Assembly: GCA_963747235.1 (NCBI GenBank) | Contig: CAVVEU010000029.1 | Coordinates: 198,328-262,327 of the forward strand | Length of the DNA stretch: 64,000 nucleotides | Source of the DNA: an uncultured Candidatus Rokubacteria bacterium | Lineage (GTDB): Bacteria; Methylomirabilota; Methylomirabilia; Rokubacteriales; CSP1-6 | Direction of reading: 5' to 3' | In this document: positions 23,462 to 36,396 of the stretch, piece after piece | Position numbering within the stretch: the stretch's first letter is position 1 | Layout of the letters: each line of letters begins with the position of its first letter | Notes under the pieces: model-generated | The model's database searches: none | The model's input: the letters and a program-made list of their open reading frames with translations, nothing else | Told to the model about the DNA's origin: nothing | Program-made: the position numbers and the translations under genes

Positions 23462-24082
23462 CTAACTCGAGCTCCAGGAGAACGGAGCGAAGTGGCCGTT
23501 GACCTTGCCCGAGGTGTCGTCCCAGTTGATCCCGAACGCGTGCATGTGGCCCCGGGACGCCTTCGCGAGGGCGAGACGGCTCGCGGCGGGGTGGCCGACA
23601 TTGTCGAGGTAGATCGGCTCGGTCGGGCTGGCGCCGGGAATCCCCTCCACCGCGATGTCGAGCAGGCCGGGAATGGACACCGACCGCTTCATCGCGCCGC
23701 GCTCGATCCGGATCGGCTTGGTCTCCACCCCCGCGAACGTACTCACGAGCGGCCCGACCGCCCCCATGGGGCCCCCGCCCTGTCCGCTCCCGATGGCCAC
23801 CAGGGCCTCGCGTTGCTCGGCGGTGGCCCGCTCGTCCACGATCATCCCGACGGTCCAGTTCCCCGCGATCATCGGCCCCGGGGTGTGCAGGAGCACCGCG
23901 AAGCTGAGCCCGTCGAGCTTGGTCGCGCCGTGCGAGCCGCGCTCGACGTGGAAGACGAGGCCGGCGTCACAGGCCCCCTTGGTCGGCTGCGCGGCCAGGC
24001 CCGAAGTCGGGCACGGGCAGACCGAGTCGCAGCTACAGGCTTCGAAGTAGTCGCCGCTGATCTTCCACTGAGGGTTCGCCAT
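23462..24082 (-). CDS. DUF1326 domain protein (Cys-rich, probable metal-binding)
   Basis: 'W.ISGDYFEACSCDSVCPC', 'PTKGAC', 'DERAT.EQREAL'. Confidence 0.85.
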   Translation of the reverse strand: MANPQWKISGDYFEACSCDSVCPCPTSGLAAQPTKGACDAGLVFHVERGSHGATKLDGLSFAVLLHTPGPMIAGNWTVGMIVDERATAEQREALVAIGSGQGGGPMGAVGPLVSTFAGVETKPIRIERGAMKRSVSIPGLLDIAVEGIPGASPTEPIYLDNVGHPAASRLALAKASRGHMHAFGINWDDTSGKVNGHFAPFSWSSS

Positions 24083-24110
24083 GATCATCCTCCACGAGTG
24101 GTCCGAGTCA

Positions 24111-24893
24111 TCACATCGCGTGCCCGCCGCGCAGCACCGTCACGAGATCCGGACGAAGGGCCACCGTCACGCCCAGGAGCAGGAGCGCCCCGCCGGCGGC
24201 CCGCGCAAACCATTCACCGCCCGGCAGCAGCTTCTCGGCCGCCACCACCGCGGTGATGAGGAGCACCCACCGGAGGCCCATCGCGCCGGCGGCGACGAGC
24301 ACCAGCATGAGCGCCCAGCAGCAACCGAGACAGTAGACCGCGTGCGACCAGCCGAGCGCCAGGCTGCCGCGGCGGCCGGCCCGCCAGTGGCCGAGGAGAA
24401 AGCCCAGGGGGCTCCGGCACGCTCGCAGACACACCTGCTTGAGGGGCGACAGTTGAAACGCCCCCGCCGCCAGCAGGATCACCGCGATGGCGTAGGCGAA
24501 CGCGGACCCGGCCAGCGTCATCAGGAGGGTGTGGGCGAAATACACCGGGACCCCGCTCGCGGTCCAGAGCGCGAGGTAGACGAGGGTGAAGACCGCGACC
24601 GGCACTCCCCTGGCGGCCGCTCCGGCCGGGCGCCGCTGCGTGGCGCCGTACAGCGAGATCATGGGGAGCGCGCTCGGCAGCATCATCGCGGTCATCATGA
24701 CGCCCCAGCTGACGACGAAGGCCAGACCGTCGGCGACGGTGGCGGGCATCGGCATCGTCATCATCATGTCGTCGCCCCACAGGCTCGACCGCACGACGGA
24801 CACCCAGGCCGCGGCCGCGATGAGGAGCAGAACGACGGAGGTGAGGACCGTGACCCGATCACGGACGGGTACCGGATCCTCGCTCGGGCCCAC
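24111..24893 (-). CDS. DUF2182 predicted metal-binding integral membrane protein
   Basis: 'WGVMMTAMMLPS', 'QLSPLKQVCLRACRSP', 'YCLGCCWALM', 'AEKL'. Confidence 0.88.
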   Translation of the reverse strand: MGPSEDPVPVRDRVTVLTSVVLLLIAAAAWVSVVRSSLWGDDMMMTMPMPATVADGLAFVVSWGVMMTAMMLPSALPMISLYGATQRRPAGAAARGVPVAVFTLVYLALWTASGVPVYFAHTLLMTLAGSAFAYAIAVILLAAGAFQLSPLKQVCLRACRSPLGFLLGHWRAGRRGSLALGWSHAVYCLGCCWALMLVLVAAGAMGLRWVLLITAVVAAEKLLPGGEWFARAAGGALLLLGVTVALRPDLVTVLRGGHAM

Positions 24894-24918
24894 GCGATGG
24901 TCCCCCTTCCGGAACTGG

Positions 24919-25350
24919 CTAGGCGCTGAAGCCGGAGGTGCCGACCCAGCCGGTCTCCGAGACGTCCACCGTGACGCCGTCGGGGCCGATGTACTTCACC
25001 TCGACGTTGCCGTGCGCCTCGTGGCCGTAGCCGACCCCGAGGGCCTCGTTGATGTCGTGGCGCGGCTCGGACCCGGCCGCGGCCAGCCGCTCCGCGATGG
25101 CCTCGAGGCTCTCGACCTGGAACCCGATGTGATGGATGCCGCTCCAGCCCGTCCCGCGCTCGACCCCGGCCACCGCGTCGTTCTTGAAGTTGAGGATGGC
25201 CAGGTTGAGGTCGCCGTCGCTCAGGTAGTAGCCCCGGGCGCCGGGACTGTCGATCCGGGCGATCTCCTTCATGCCGAACACGTCGATGTAGAACTTCGCG
25301 GTCTTGTCGACGTCCTGGGTGGAGAGCGCGATGTGCTTGATCTTCGCCAT
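24919..25350 (-). CDS. VOC (glyoxalase/bleomycin resistance) family protein
   Basis: 'IKHIAL', 'FYIDVFG', 'GIHHIGFQV', 'GPDG'. Confidence 0.85.
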   Translation of the reverse strand: MAKIKHIALSTQDVDKTAKFYIDVFGMKEIARIDSPGARGYYLSDGDLNLAILNFKNDAVAGVERGTGWSGIHHIGFQVESLEAIAERLAAAGSEPRHDINEALGVGYGHEAHGNVEVKYIGPDGVTVDVSETGWVGTSGFSA

Positions 25351-25401
25351 GGAAGAGGCCTCCTGTTCGAGCGGGTTGAGCCCTGAGTATAGCGCGCCGC
25401 C

Positions 25402-26700
25402 TCAGCGGGCGTCGAGCCAGTCCTGGAAGCGCTTCCAGTGCACCACGAGGGCCATGGCGGGCAGGCGCCAGCCGTGGAGCGGGATCGGCGCGATCGGGGT
25501 CAGCGGCCAGCCGATCTCGGCGGGCGAGGCGCCGAGCGCGCGATCGGCCAGCGCCTTGCCCATGACCGTCGCCATGGCGATGCCCCGCCCGTTGTAGCCG
25601 AGGCCGATCAGCGCGCCGGGCCGCGGCTCGTGCAGGTGCGGCAGGTGGTCGGCGGTGAGCGCGACTCGCCCGCTCCAGCGGTGCTCCCAGGCGGGTGCTC
25701 CGATCCGGGGAAAGAGCCGCCGCGCCACCGCCTCGAGCCGCGCGAACAGGGCGGGATCGCCGCGATCGTCGAGGGGCCCGCGCCCGCCCATGAGGAGGCG
25801 GCCCTCCGGATCGAGGCGGAAGTAGAACAGGATGCGGCGCAGGTCCGAGACGACCTGACCGCCCGGCAGCACCTGACGCCGCACCTCCGCGGGCAGCGGC
25901 CGCGTGGCGACCTGGTAGCTCTGCACCGGCAGCACGGTGCGCCGGAGTCCCGGCCACAGGTCGTCGGTGTAGGCGTTGGTGGCGAGGATCACCGTGGTCG
26001 CGGCCACGCTCCCGGCCGGCGTCTCCACGCGCCAGCCTCCGCGCGTGGCGTCGAGCCGTCCGACCGCGGAGCGCCCGTGGATGGCCGCGCCCGCCTGCAG
26101 AGCGGCCCGGGCCAGCCCGCGCACGAAGGCCAGCGGCTGGAGCGCCCCGGCACGACGGTCGAGCATGCCGCCCACGTACGCCGTGGTCCCGGTCAGCTCG
26201 GCGATCCGGCCCGCCTCCAGCAGCTCCACGGGCGCGCCGCGCCGCTGCCACTGCGCCGTTCGCGACCGCAGGCTCTCGAGCGCGGCCGCGTGCGGGGCGG
26301 CCGCGATCCACCCGCAGCGCTCGGCGTGGCAGGCGATCTTGTGGCGTGCGATGAGCTCGAAGACGAAGTCGGCGGCGGTACCCGCGGTCTGCCACATCCG
26401 CCGGCCGGTCTCCTCGCCGAACCGGCGCTCGAGCTCGTCCGGATCGTGCTTGAGGCCGGGGATGACCTGGCCGCCGTTCCGGCCCGAGGCGCCCCAGCCG
26501 GGCTCCGCGGCGTCGAGCACCACGACCTCCGCGCCGCGCTCGGCGAGATGCAGCGCCGCCGACAACCCGGTGTACCCCGCGCCGACCACCACGACGTCGG
26601 CGCGACGGTCCCCTTCCAGAGGCCGCGTCTCCGGAGCCGGCTCGGCCGCGACGGTCCAGGCGGAGGTGGGAGGACTGGCGATCGTGTCCCCGATCGACAT
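25402..26700 (-). CDS. FAD-dependent amine/amino-acid oxidoreductase (DAO/PuuB-like)
   Basis: 'VVVVGAGYTGLSAA', 'GASGRNGG', 'LATNAY', 'GYNGRG'; TTGACA-17-CAGACT 7 nt before ATG. Confidence 0.88.
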   Translation of the reverse strand: MSIGDTIASPPTSAWTVAAEPAPETRPLEGDRRADVVVVGAGYTGLSAALHLAERGAEVVVLDAAEPGWGASGRNGGQVIPGLKHDPDELERRFGEETGRRMWQTAGTAADFVFELIARHKIACHAERCGWIAAAPHAAALESLRSRTAQWQRRGAPVELLEAGRIAELTGTTAYVGGMLDRRAGALQPLAFVRGLARAALQAGAAIHGRSAVGRLDATRGGWRVETPAGSVAATTVILATNAYTDDLWPGLRRTVLPVQSYQVATRPLPAEVRRQVLPGGQVVSDLRRILFYFRLDPEGRLLMGGRGPLDDRGDPALFARLEAVARRLFPRIGAPAWEHRWSGRVALTADHLPHLHEPRPGALIGLGYNGRGIAMATVMGKALADRALGASPAEIGWPLTPIAPIPLHGWRLPAMALVVHWKRFQDWLDAR

Positions 26701-26812
26701 GGCGAGCAGTCTGCGCGAGTTCCGGACCGCTGTCAAAGTGGGCGCCCGGTACATCGCCGCGTCGGAGACCTGTGGTACCTTCGGCGAGTCCGATCTCAGC
26801 CGGAGGTGATCA

Positions 26813-28361
26813 ATGCTCGCTCTCCGCTCGATCCCCACCCTCGTCGTCGCGCTGACCCTGCTCCTCACGGTGCTGCTCGGCGGAGTGCCCGCGACCATCG
26901 CCGCCCCGCCCGACGGCACCCTCGCCATCGGCGTCCACGTGACGCTCGTCTCGCGCTGGCTCGACCCGGGCGAGACCGAGGCCCTGATCACCCCGTTCAT
27001 GGTGCTCTACACGCTGCACGACGCGCTGCTCAAGCCCATGCCGGGCAACATCAGCGCCCCGAGCCTGGCCGAGTCCTGGACGCTGGCCAAGGACGGCGTC
27101 ACCTACGAGTTCGTCCTCCGCAAGAACGCCAAGTTCCACAACGGCGATCCGGTCACCTCGGAGGACGTGAAGTTCACCTTCGAGCGCTACAAGGGCAGCG
27201 GCGCCAAGCTCCTCAAGGACAAGGTGAAGGAGATCCAGACCCCGGCGCCCAACCGGGTGCGCTTCATCATGAAGGAGCCCTGGCCCGACTTCATCGCCTT
27301 CTACGGCACCTCCGCCACCGGCGCGGGCTGGATCGTGCCCAAGAAGTACATCGAGCGGGTGGGCGAGGACGCGTACAAGAAGGCGCCGGTGGGCGCGGGG
27401 CCGTTCAAGTTCGCCGCGTTCACCCCCGGCATCGAGCTGACGCTCGACGCCTTCCCCGACTACTGGCGCAAGGCCCCGCAGGTGAAGCGGCTCGTGATGC
27501 GCTCCATCCCCGACGAGACCACGCGCGCCGCCGCGGTGAAGACCGGCGAGGTGGATCTGGCCTATCTCTTCGGCGGGACCATCGCCGCCGATCTCCAGCG
27601 CACGCCCGGGATCCGCGTGGTCGCCCCGCTGCTCTACGGCGTCTACTGGCTCGACTTCCTGGACCAGTGGGACCCGAAGTCCCCGTGGCACGACCGCCGG
27701 GTGCGGCAGGCCGCGAGCCTCGCGATCGACCGCAACGCGATCAACCAGGCGGAGATGCTCGGCCTCGGCAAGTCCGGGGGCGCCTTCGTGCCGCCCGAGT
27801 TCGACTTCGCGCTCAAGATGGAGCCGCTCCCGTTCGACCCCCGAGCGGGCCAAGCAGCTCCTGGTCGAGGCCGGCTTCCCGAACGGCTTCGACGCGGGCG
27901 ATCTCACGCCGCTGCCGCCCTACACCTCGGTGGGCGAAGCGGTGGGCGGCTTCCTCCAGGCCGTCGGCATCCGCACGTCGGTGCGCACGATGGAGCGGGC
28001 CACCTTCATGACCACCTGGCGGGAGAAGAAGGTCCGCGGGCTGCTCATCGGCGCCACCGGCGCGGCGGGCAACGCGGCCGCGCGGCTCGAGCCGTTCTTC
28101 ACCAAGAACGGCATCTATGCCTACGGCACCCGGCCGGAGATCGACGATCTCTTCCAGCGGCAGGCCAACGAGATGGATCGCGGCAAGCGCGAGGCGCTCC
28201 TGCACCAGATCCAGAAGATCGTCGCCGATCAGGTGCTGGCCGCCCCCATCTTCCAGCAGGCCTTCCCCTGGGGCGTGGGCGGGCGCGTCGCGGAGCCGGC
28301 GGCGGGGCTGATCCAGGGCTACCCGTACGTCGGGCCGGCCGAGGATCTCCGGCTCAAGTAG
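26813..28361 (+). CDS. ABC substrate-binding protein family 5 (DppA-like), frameshift ~27840
   Basis: 'LAESW', 'LRKNAKFHNG', 'VGAGPF', 'RVRQAASLAIDR'. Confidence 0.88.
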
Positions 28362-29230
28362 CGTCGCGCGGGTCGGCCTTGATGAAGTGCCCGCTGCGGA
28401 GATCGCGCAGCGCCTGCTCGATCTCCGCGCGGGTATTCATCACGAAGGGGCCGTGGCGGGCGATGGGCTCGCCCAGCGGCCGCGCGGCCGCGAGCAGGAA
28501 GCGGCCGCCGCCGGGCGCGCCGGAGGCCTCCACGAGATCGCCGTCGCCGAAGATGACGAGCGACGGCGCGCGCGCGGCGGTGCGCTCCGGGCCGAAGCGC
28601 ACCTCGCCCTGATCCACGTAGGCGAACGCGGTGTGCCCGCGCGGCACCGCCTCGCGGAACGTGGCGTCCGGCGGCAGCGTCACGTCGAGGAACTTCGGGG
28701 CCACCGCCAGGCCCTCCACCGGCCCGGCGAGCCGGCCACCCGCCGCGTCGCCCGCGATCACGCGCGCGCGGGCCCCGCCGTCGAGGGCGGTCTCCGGCAG
28801 GTGGCTCGCGGTCAGGTCGCGGTACTTCGGCCGGGTCATCTTCTCCCGCGCGGGCAGGTTGAGCCAGAGCTGGAGGCCCCCGATGCCCTCGGGGCGCACC
28901 TGCGGCATCTCCTCGTGGAGGATGCCGCTGCCCGACGTCATCCACTGGATGTCGCCCGCGCCGATGCTCCCCTGATGCCCGAGCGAGTCGCGGTGCTGGA
29001 TCTCGCCCGGCGCGGACGAAGGTGACGGTCTCGATCCCGCGATGCGGGTGATACGGAAAGCCGGGCTCGTAGTCCTCCGGCCGGCTCGACTCGAAGTGGT
29101 CGAGCAGGAGGAACGGGTCGAGGTGATCGAGCCCCCGGGTGCCGATGCTGCGCCGGAGATGCACGCCGGCCCCTTCGACGACCGGCTCCGGCCTCACGAT
29201 CCGCGCCACCGCGCGCGAGGTGTCGCTCAT
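28354..29230 (-). CDS. Pirin family protein, frameshift ~29010
   Basis: 'DPFLLLDHF', 'HPHRGIETVT', 'GILHEE', 'QLWLNLP', 'GPFVMNT'. Confidence 0.9.
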
Positions 29231-29667
29231 CAGGCGCGCTCGATCACCACGACCGGGATCTCGCGCGGCGTCCGCTGCTGGTACTCCTCGTACGGCGGCC
29301 AGATCGCGACCATCTTCTTCCACAGGGCCGGCTTCTCGGCCGGAGAAGCCGTGCGGGCGCGGGCCTTGAAGCGGTCGGCCATCACCTGCACCGAGATCTC
29401 GGGCTGCGCGGTCAGGTTCTCGTACCACGCCGGATGCGCGGGCGCGCCGCCGCGCGAGGCCACGATCACGTAGCGATCGCCGTCCTGGCCGTAGATCAGC
29501 GGCGTCGTCCGCGTCTGGCCGGAGCGCCGCCCGGTCGTGGTGAGCAGGAGGGTCGGCACGCCCTCCCAGATATGCCCGTCCTTGCCGCCGGTCTCGATGT
29601 AGCGCCGCGCGTGCTCCTGCTGCCAGCCGGGCGGCCGGTTTCCCGCTGCGGGTCGCGGAGTCGTCAT
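29230..29667 (-). CDS. Deazaflavin (F420)-dependent nitroreductase family (DDN) oxidoreductase
   Basis: 'LLLTTTGRRSG..RTTPL', 'ASRGG...HPAWYENL', 'Y.EYQQRTPREIPVV'. Confidence 0.88.
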   Translation of the reverse strand: MTTPRPAAGNRPPGWQQEHARRYIETGGKDGHIWEGVPTLLLTTTGRRSGQTRTTPLIYGQDGDRYVIVASRGGAPAHPAWYENLTAQPEISVQVMADRFKARARTASPAEKPALWKKMVAIWPPYEEYQQRTPREIPVVVIERA

Positions 29668-29898
29668 GCGTGGTTTCCTCCCGGCGTCAGTCTGCCACGT
29701 GGGACGCGTGGCTGCCACCCGTGATCGGCTGCGACCTGTCTCAAGCGATACACTTTCTCGGACCGCGACAGATTCCTGCTGCCGCTGAATGCATCGCACT
29801 GTAGGCTTGGGCTACCTGTCCCGATCCACGGCTCGCGAACGAGGGCCCGGGGAGACTACCACCGTGCCGCAGAGCCTCCGGCTTTCCGCGAAGGGACT

Positions 29899-31134
29899 GT
29901 GATCTCTCGCAAGGCCCGCGCCGCTCCGGCGCGCGGGCGCTCCGTGGGACCGCGCGGCTCCAGCCGGGATAGCGCCGGGCAGCTCCAGGCTCTGGTGCAG
30001 GCCAGCCTGGCCCTGACGACCGAGGTGTCGCTGGAGCGCGTGCTCCAGAAGATCGCCGACGTGGCCCACGACATCCTGGGCGCCCGCTACGCCGCCCTCG
30101 GGGTCATCGATCCGGCCGGCACCGGCCTCAGCCAGTTCCTGACCGCCGGGATCGACGATGCCACCCGCCGGGCGATCGGCCCGCTCCCGACCGACACCGG
30201 CGTGCTCGGCCGGCTGATCACGGAACGGCGGCCGATCCGGATCCGGAGCCTGGCCACGGACCCCGGATCCGCAGGCCACTCGTTCCTCGGCGCGCCGATC
30301 ATGGTGCGCGACCGCGCCTACGGCAGCCTCTACGTCACCGACAAGCAGGACGCGGAGGAGTTCTCGGAAGCCGACGAGAACCTCGCGGTCGTGCTCGCCT
30401 CCCAGGCGGCCATCGCCATCGAGAACGCCTACGCCTTCCAGGCGCTCCGCGAGGCCCAGGAAGAGCTGGTCCGGAAGGAGAAGCTCGCCACGCTCGGGCA
30501 GCTCGCGGGCGGGGTCGGGCACGAGCTGCGCAACCCCCTCGGGGTCATCAAGAACTCGGTCTACTACCTGAACATGATCCTGCCCAAGGACGAGAAGATC
30601 CAGAAGCACCTCGGGATCCTCGATCGGGAAGTCGCCAACTCGGATCGGATCGTGACCGAGCTGCTCGACTTCGCGCGCGTGAAGACCCCCATGCGCGAGG
30701 CGGCCAGCCTGGTCGCGATCGTGCGGGCGGCCCTCGATCGCCTGCCTCTGCCCGAGTCGGTCGCGGTCCAGCTCGAGCTGGCCGAGTCCATGCCGTCCGT
30801 CCTGGTGGATACGCATCAGGTCGGGCAGATCGTCCTGAACTTCCTCCAGAACGCGGTGCAGGCGATGCCGGACGGCGGCCGGTTGACGGTGTCGGCGGGA
30901 GAGGACGGCGAGCAGGTGTTCGTCAGGGTCGAGGACACCGGCGTCGGCATTCTCCCGGAGAATCTCGCGAAGATCTTCCAGCCCCTCTTCACCACGAAGG
31001 CCAAGGGGATCGGGCTGGGGCTCGCCCTCGCGCGCGATCTGGCCGAGGCCAACGCCGGTCGCATCAGCGTCGAGAGCACGGTCGGACGGGGCAGCCGCTT
31101 CACGGTCCACTTCGAGAAGGCGGCCCATGCCTAG
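29899..31134 (+). CDS. GAF sensor histidine kinase
   Basis: GAF ('SFLGAPI','FSEADE'), H-box 'GHELRNPL', 'DTGVGI', 'GIGLGL'. Confidence 0.9.
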   Translation: MISRKARAAPARGRSVGPRGSSRDSAGQLQALVQASLALTTEVSLERVLQKIADVAHDILGARYAALGVIDPAGTGLSQFLTAGIDDATRRAIGPLPTDTGVLGRLITERRPIRIRSLATDPGSAGHSFLGAPIMVRDRAYGSLYVTDKQDAEEFSEADENLAVVLASQAAIAIENAYAFQALREAQEELVRKEKLATLGQLAGGVGHELRNPLGVIKNSVYYLNMILPKDEKIQKHLGILDREVANSDRIVTELLDFARVKTPMREAASLVAIVRAALDRLPLPESVAVQLELAESMPSVLVDTHQVGQIVLNFLQNAVQAMPDGGRLTVSAGEDGEQVFVRVEDTGVGILPENLAKIFQPLFTTKAKGIGLGLALARDLAEANAGRISVESTVGRGSRFTVHFEKAAHA

Positions 31135-31491
31135 CGCCCGCAAGTCCATCCTGGTGGTGGACGACGACCCCGGCATGGCCGACACCCTGAGCGACATCCT
31201 CGAGGCCAATCAGTACGAGGTCGCCACCGCGCACTCGGGCGAGGTGGCGGTGCGGATGGTGCGGCGCCGCGCCTACGATCTCGTCCTGATGGACATCCAG
31301 ATGCCGGGGCTCAACGGCGTGCAGGCGCTCACCACCATGAAGGCCGAGGGGCTGGCCAAGCGCGTCATCATGATGACGGCCCGCACGCGCGACGACCTGG
31401 TGAAGGAAGCCGAGACGAGGAGCGGCTTCCCCGTCCTGCCGAAGCCGCTCGACCTGCAGCGGGTCCTGGCCCTGGCCACGAGCGCGACCGC

Positions 31492-31495
<4 letters not shown>
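31127..31495 (+). CDS. Single-domain response regulator
   Basis: 'ILVVDDD', 'LMDIQMPGLNG', 'PKP'. Confidence 0.88.
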
Positions 31496-33386
<1,891 letters not shown>

Positions 33387-33393
33387 CGGGGCC

Positions 33394-34205
33394 TCACCAC
33401 ATGACCGCGCCGCCGTCGATGTTGACGGACTGGCCGGTCATGAACGCGGCGGCGGGCGAGCAGAGGAACGCGATGAGGCCCGCGACCTCCTCGTCGGAGG
33501 CGGCGCGGCCCATGGGAATCCGGTCGAGCTGCCGCTGCCAGCCCTCGCTGCGCCCAGCACATCCATGCGTGCGGTATCGATGGTGCCCGGGCACACCGCG
33601 TTGACGGTGACCCCGTGGCGCGCCACCTCCATCGCCAGCGACTGCGTGAGTCCCTGGATGCCGAAGTTGGCCGCGTTGTAGGCCGCGGTGTTGGGGGCGC
33701 CGCGCTTGCCCGCGATCGACGAGAGGTTGATGATGCGCCCCCACTTCTGCCCCACCATGATCGGGACGACGCGCTTGCAGAGCAGGAACGCGCCGGTCAG
33801 CTTGATGTCGAGGACCTTTCTCCAGATGGTCTCGTCCAGGTCGGGGAGCGGCACCCGGTCGTTGCCGCGCGGATAGGCCGCGTTGTTCACGAGCACGTCG
33901 AGGCGCCCGAAGGTCTTCGTCACCTGGTCCACCAGCCGCTCCACCGCCTGGGCCTGGCTCACGTCGCCGGTCCAGGTGAGCGCCTTGCGGCCGAGCGCGC
34001 GGATCTGCTCGGCGGTGCTCTCCACGTCGCGCCAGCCCGCCTTCTTCTCGTCGTCGGGATAGGTCGCGGGATCGCGGCCGGTGCCGGTGACCACCACGTC
34101 CGCTCCGAGCCCGGCCAGGGCCAGCGCGGTGGCCCGGCCGATGCCGCGCAGCCGCCCCGCGCCCGTCACCAGCGCCACCCGCCCGTCCAGCGTGCCCGCG
34201 GCCAT
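33394..34205 (-). CDS. SDR family oxidoreductase, frameshift ~33550
   Basis: 'ALVTGAG..RGIG', 'VNNA', 'AYNAAN(F)', 'TGQSVNIDGG'. Confidence 0.85.
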
Positions 34206-34206
34206 G

Positions 34207-35631
34207 TCAGCGCCTCCCGTGGGCGGCGTGGTCGGCGAGCACCTGCGCCACGCAGGCGGTCACCTTCACCCCGGTCGGCAGGTCGATGAACTCGTTCGGC
34301 CCGTGCGCGTTGGAGCCGGGGCCCATCACCCCGGTGACGAGGAACTGGGCCTCGGGGAAGCGCTCGCCGAGCATGCTCATGAACGGGATCGAGCCGCCGA
34401 GCCCGTCGAACATGGCGGGCGCGCCGAACTGCGCGGTGGAGGCGCGCTCCACCGACTCGCGCAGCCACCCGGCCATCACGGGCGCGTTCCAGCCGGTGCC
34501 GGGCCGCTCGCCGGTCGCGTAGGTCACCCGCGCGCCGTAGGGCGGATCGGCCTCCAGCACTTCCTTCACGCGCCGGCTCGCGAGGGCCGCGTCCGCGGTG
34601 GGCGGCAGCCGCAGCGAGAGCTTCAGCGACGTCTTCGGCCGCAGCACGTTGCCCGCCGTCGGCCAGCGCGGGGATGCCGTCCATCCCGGTGACCGAGAGC
34701 GCGGGCCGCCACGTGTTGTTCAGCAGCGCCTCCACCGGATCCTGCGTCACCGCGCGCATGCCGGGCAGGAACGGGAAGCGCCGCCAGATGTCGTCGCCCA
34801 GCACGGCCGCGACCGCGCGCACCTCGGCGAGCCGGGCCGGGCGGGATCTCCACGTGGCAGGCCTCCACGAGGATCTTGCCGGTGCGATCGTCCTCGAGCC
34901 GGTCGAGCACCTGGCGCAGGATGCGGAAGCTCGAGGGCACGATGCCGCTGGCCGCGCCCGAGTGCACGCCCTCGCCCAGCACCTCCACGGTGAGCGTGCC
35001 GCTCAGGATGCCGCGCAGCGAGGTGGTCGCCCAGAGGTGATCGTAGTCGCCGCAGCCGGAGTCGAGGCAGACGACGAGATCGGGACGGATGCGATCGGCC
35101 AGCTTCTCCACGTAGGCGGGCAGGTCGGGGCTGCCGCTCTCCTCGGAGGCCTCGATCAGCACCACGCAGCGCGCGTGGGGAATGCCCTGCGCCTGGAGCG
35201 TCTCGATCGCGGTGAGCGCCGCGAACGAGGCGTAGCCGTCGTCCCCCGCCCCGCGGCCGAAGAGCCGGTCGCCGCGGCGCACCGGCGTCCACGGCCCGCC
35301 GTCGGGGGCCCAGCCCACCATCTCCGGCTGCTTGTCGCAGTGCCCGTAGAGCAGGACGGTCTCGCCGCCCCCGCCCGGCACTTCCATGAGGATGACCGGC
35401 GTCCGGCCCGGGAAGCCGGACCACCTCGATGGTCAGGCCCTCGATCTTCCGCTTCCGGGCCCAGTCGGTCATCAGGGTCACGGCCTGGTCGATGTGGCCG
35501 TGCTCCGCCCACTTCGCGTCGTACATGGGCGACTTGGCCGGGATGCGGATGTACTCGGTGAGCGCCGGGACGATGTCGCCGTCCCAGGCCTGCTGGACGA
35601 GAGCGCGGGTGCGGGCGGAGTCAGTGGTCAT
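34207..35631 (-). CDS. M20 dipeptidase (Dug1/CNDP-like), 3 frameshifts
   Basis: 'YGHCDKQP', 'GRGAGDDG', 'EESGS', 'GVHSG', 'GGSIPF', 'NAHGPNE'. Confidence 0.88.
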
Positions 35632-35677
35632 GGCCCCGTATACTATTCGCAATCGGGCGTGTCCGCCAACCTACTCC

Positions 35678-36377
35678 ATGACCACTGCAGCCGCTCTCGC
35701 GTCGCGCGCTCCTGCGGGCCGCCGGGGCCATCCTGCTGGCCCGATCCGGCCGCGCGTGGGCCGCCGGCCCGCACGTGCCGGTCGAGGACTGGGGCCTGGC
35801 GCCGCTCGGATCGAAGGGCGTGCCGCCCGGCTGGCAGAAGTACGAGACGCCGGGCGGGCATCCGGCCTACGACTTCACGGTGGTGGAGGACGCGGGGCGC
35901 CGCGCGCTCGCCATGAAGAGCGCCGGGGAGCACTCCACGATCGCGAAGGAGGTGCAGGCCGACCTCGCGGCCACCCCGATCCTCGCCTGGCAGTGGCGCG
36001 TGCAGAGCCTCCCGCAGCGCGCGGATCTGCGGAACCGCGCGACGTCCGACGCCACCGGCCACATCTTCGCGGTCTGGCCCCGCTTCCCGGCCTTCGTCCG
36101 CTCCCGGCTGATCGGCTACGTCTGGGACCCGGCGCTCCCGATCGGCACGGTGCTCCCGAGCCGGAAGACGGGGGCGGTCACGTTCATCGTGGCGCGGCGC
36201 GGAGAGGCGGGCCTCGGCCGGTGGCAGGACGAGCGGCGCAATGTCGCCGACGACTACCGGACCGTCTTCGGCGAGCCGCCGCCCCCGCTCCCGGCGGTGG
36301 CGCTGTCCATCGACACCAACGACACGCGGTCACCGGCCGAGGCGATGTTCGGCCGCATCGAGCTGCAATCGCGCTGA
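35678..36377 (+). CDS. DUF3047 domain protein (N-terminal frameshift)
   Basis: 'TPILAWQWRV', 'IGYVWD', 'W.DERRNVADDY..VFG', 'DTNDT'. Confidence 0.8.
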
Positions 36378-36396
36378 GCGGGTCTCGCGATCGGCG

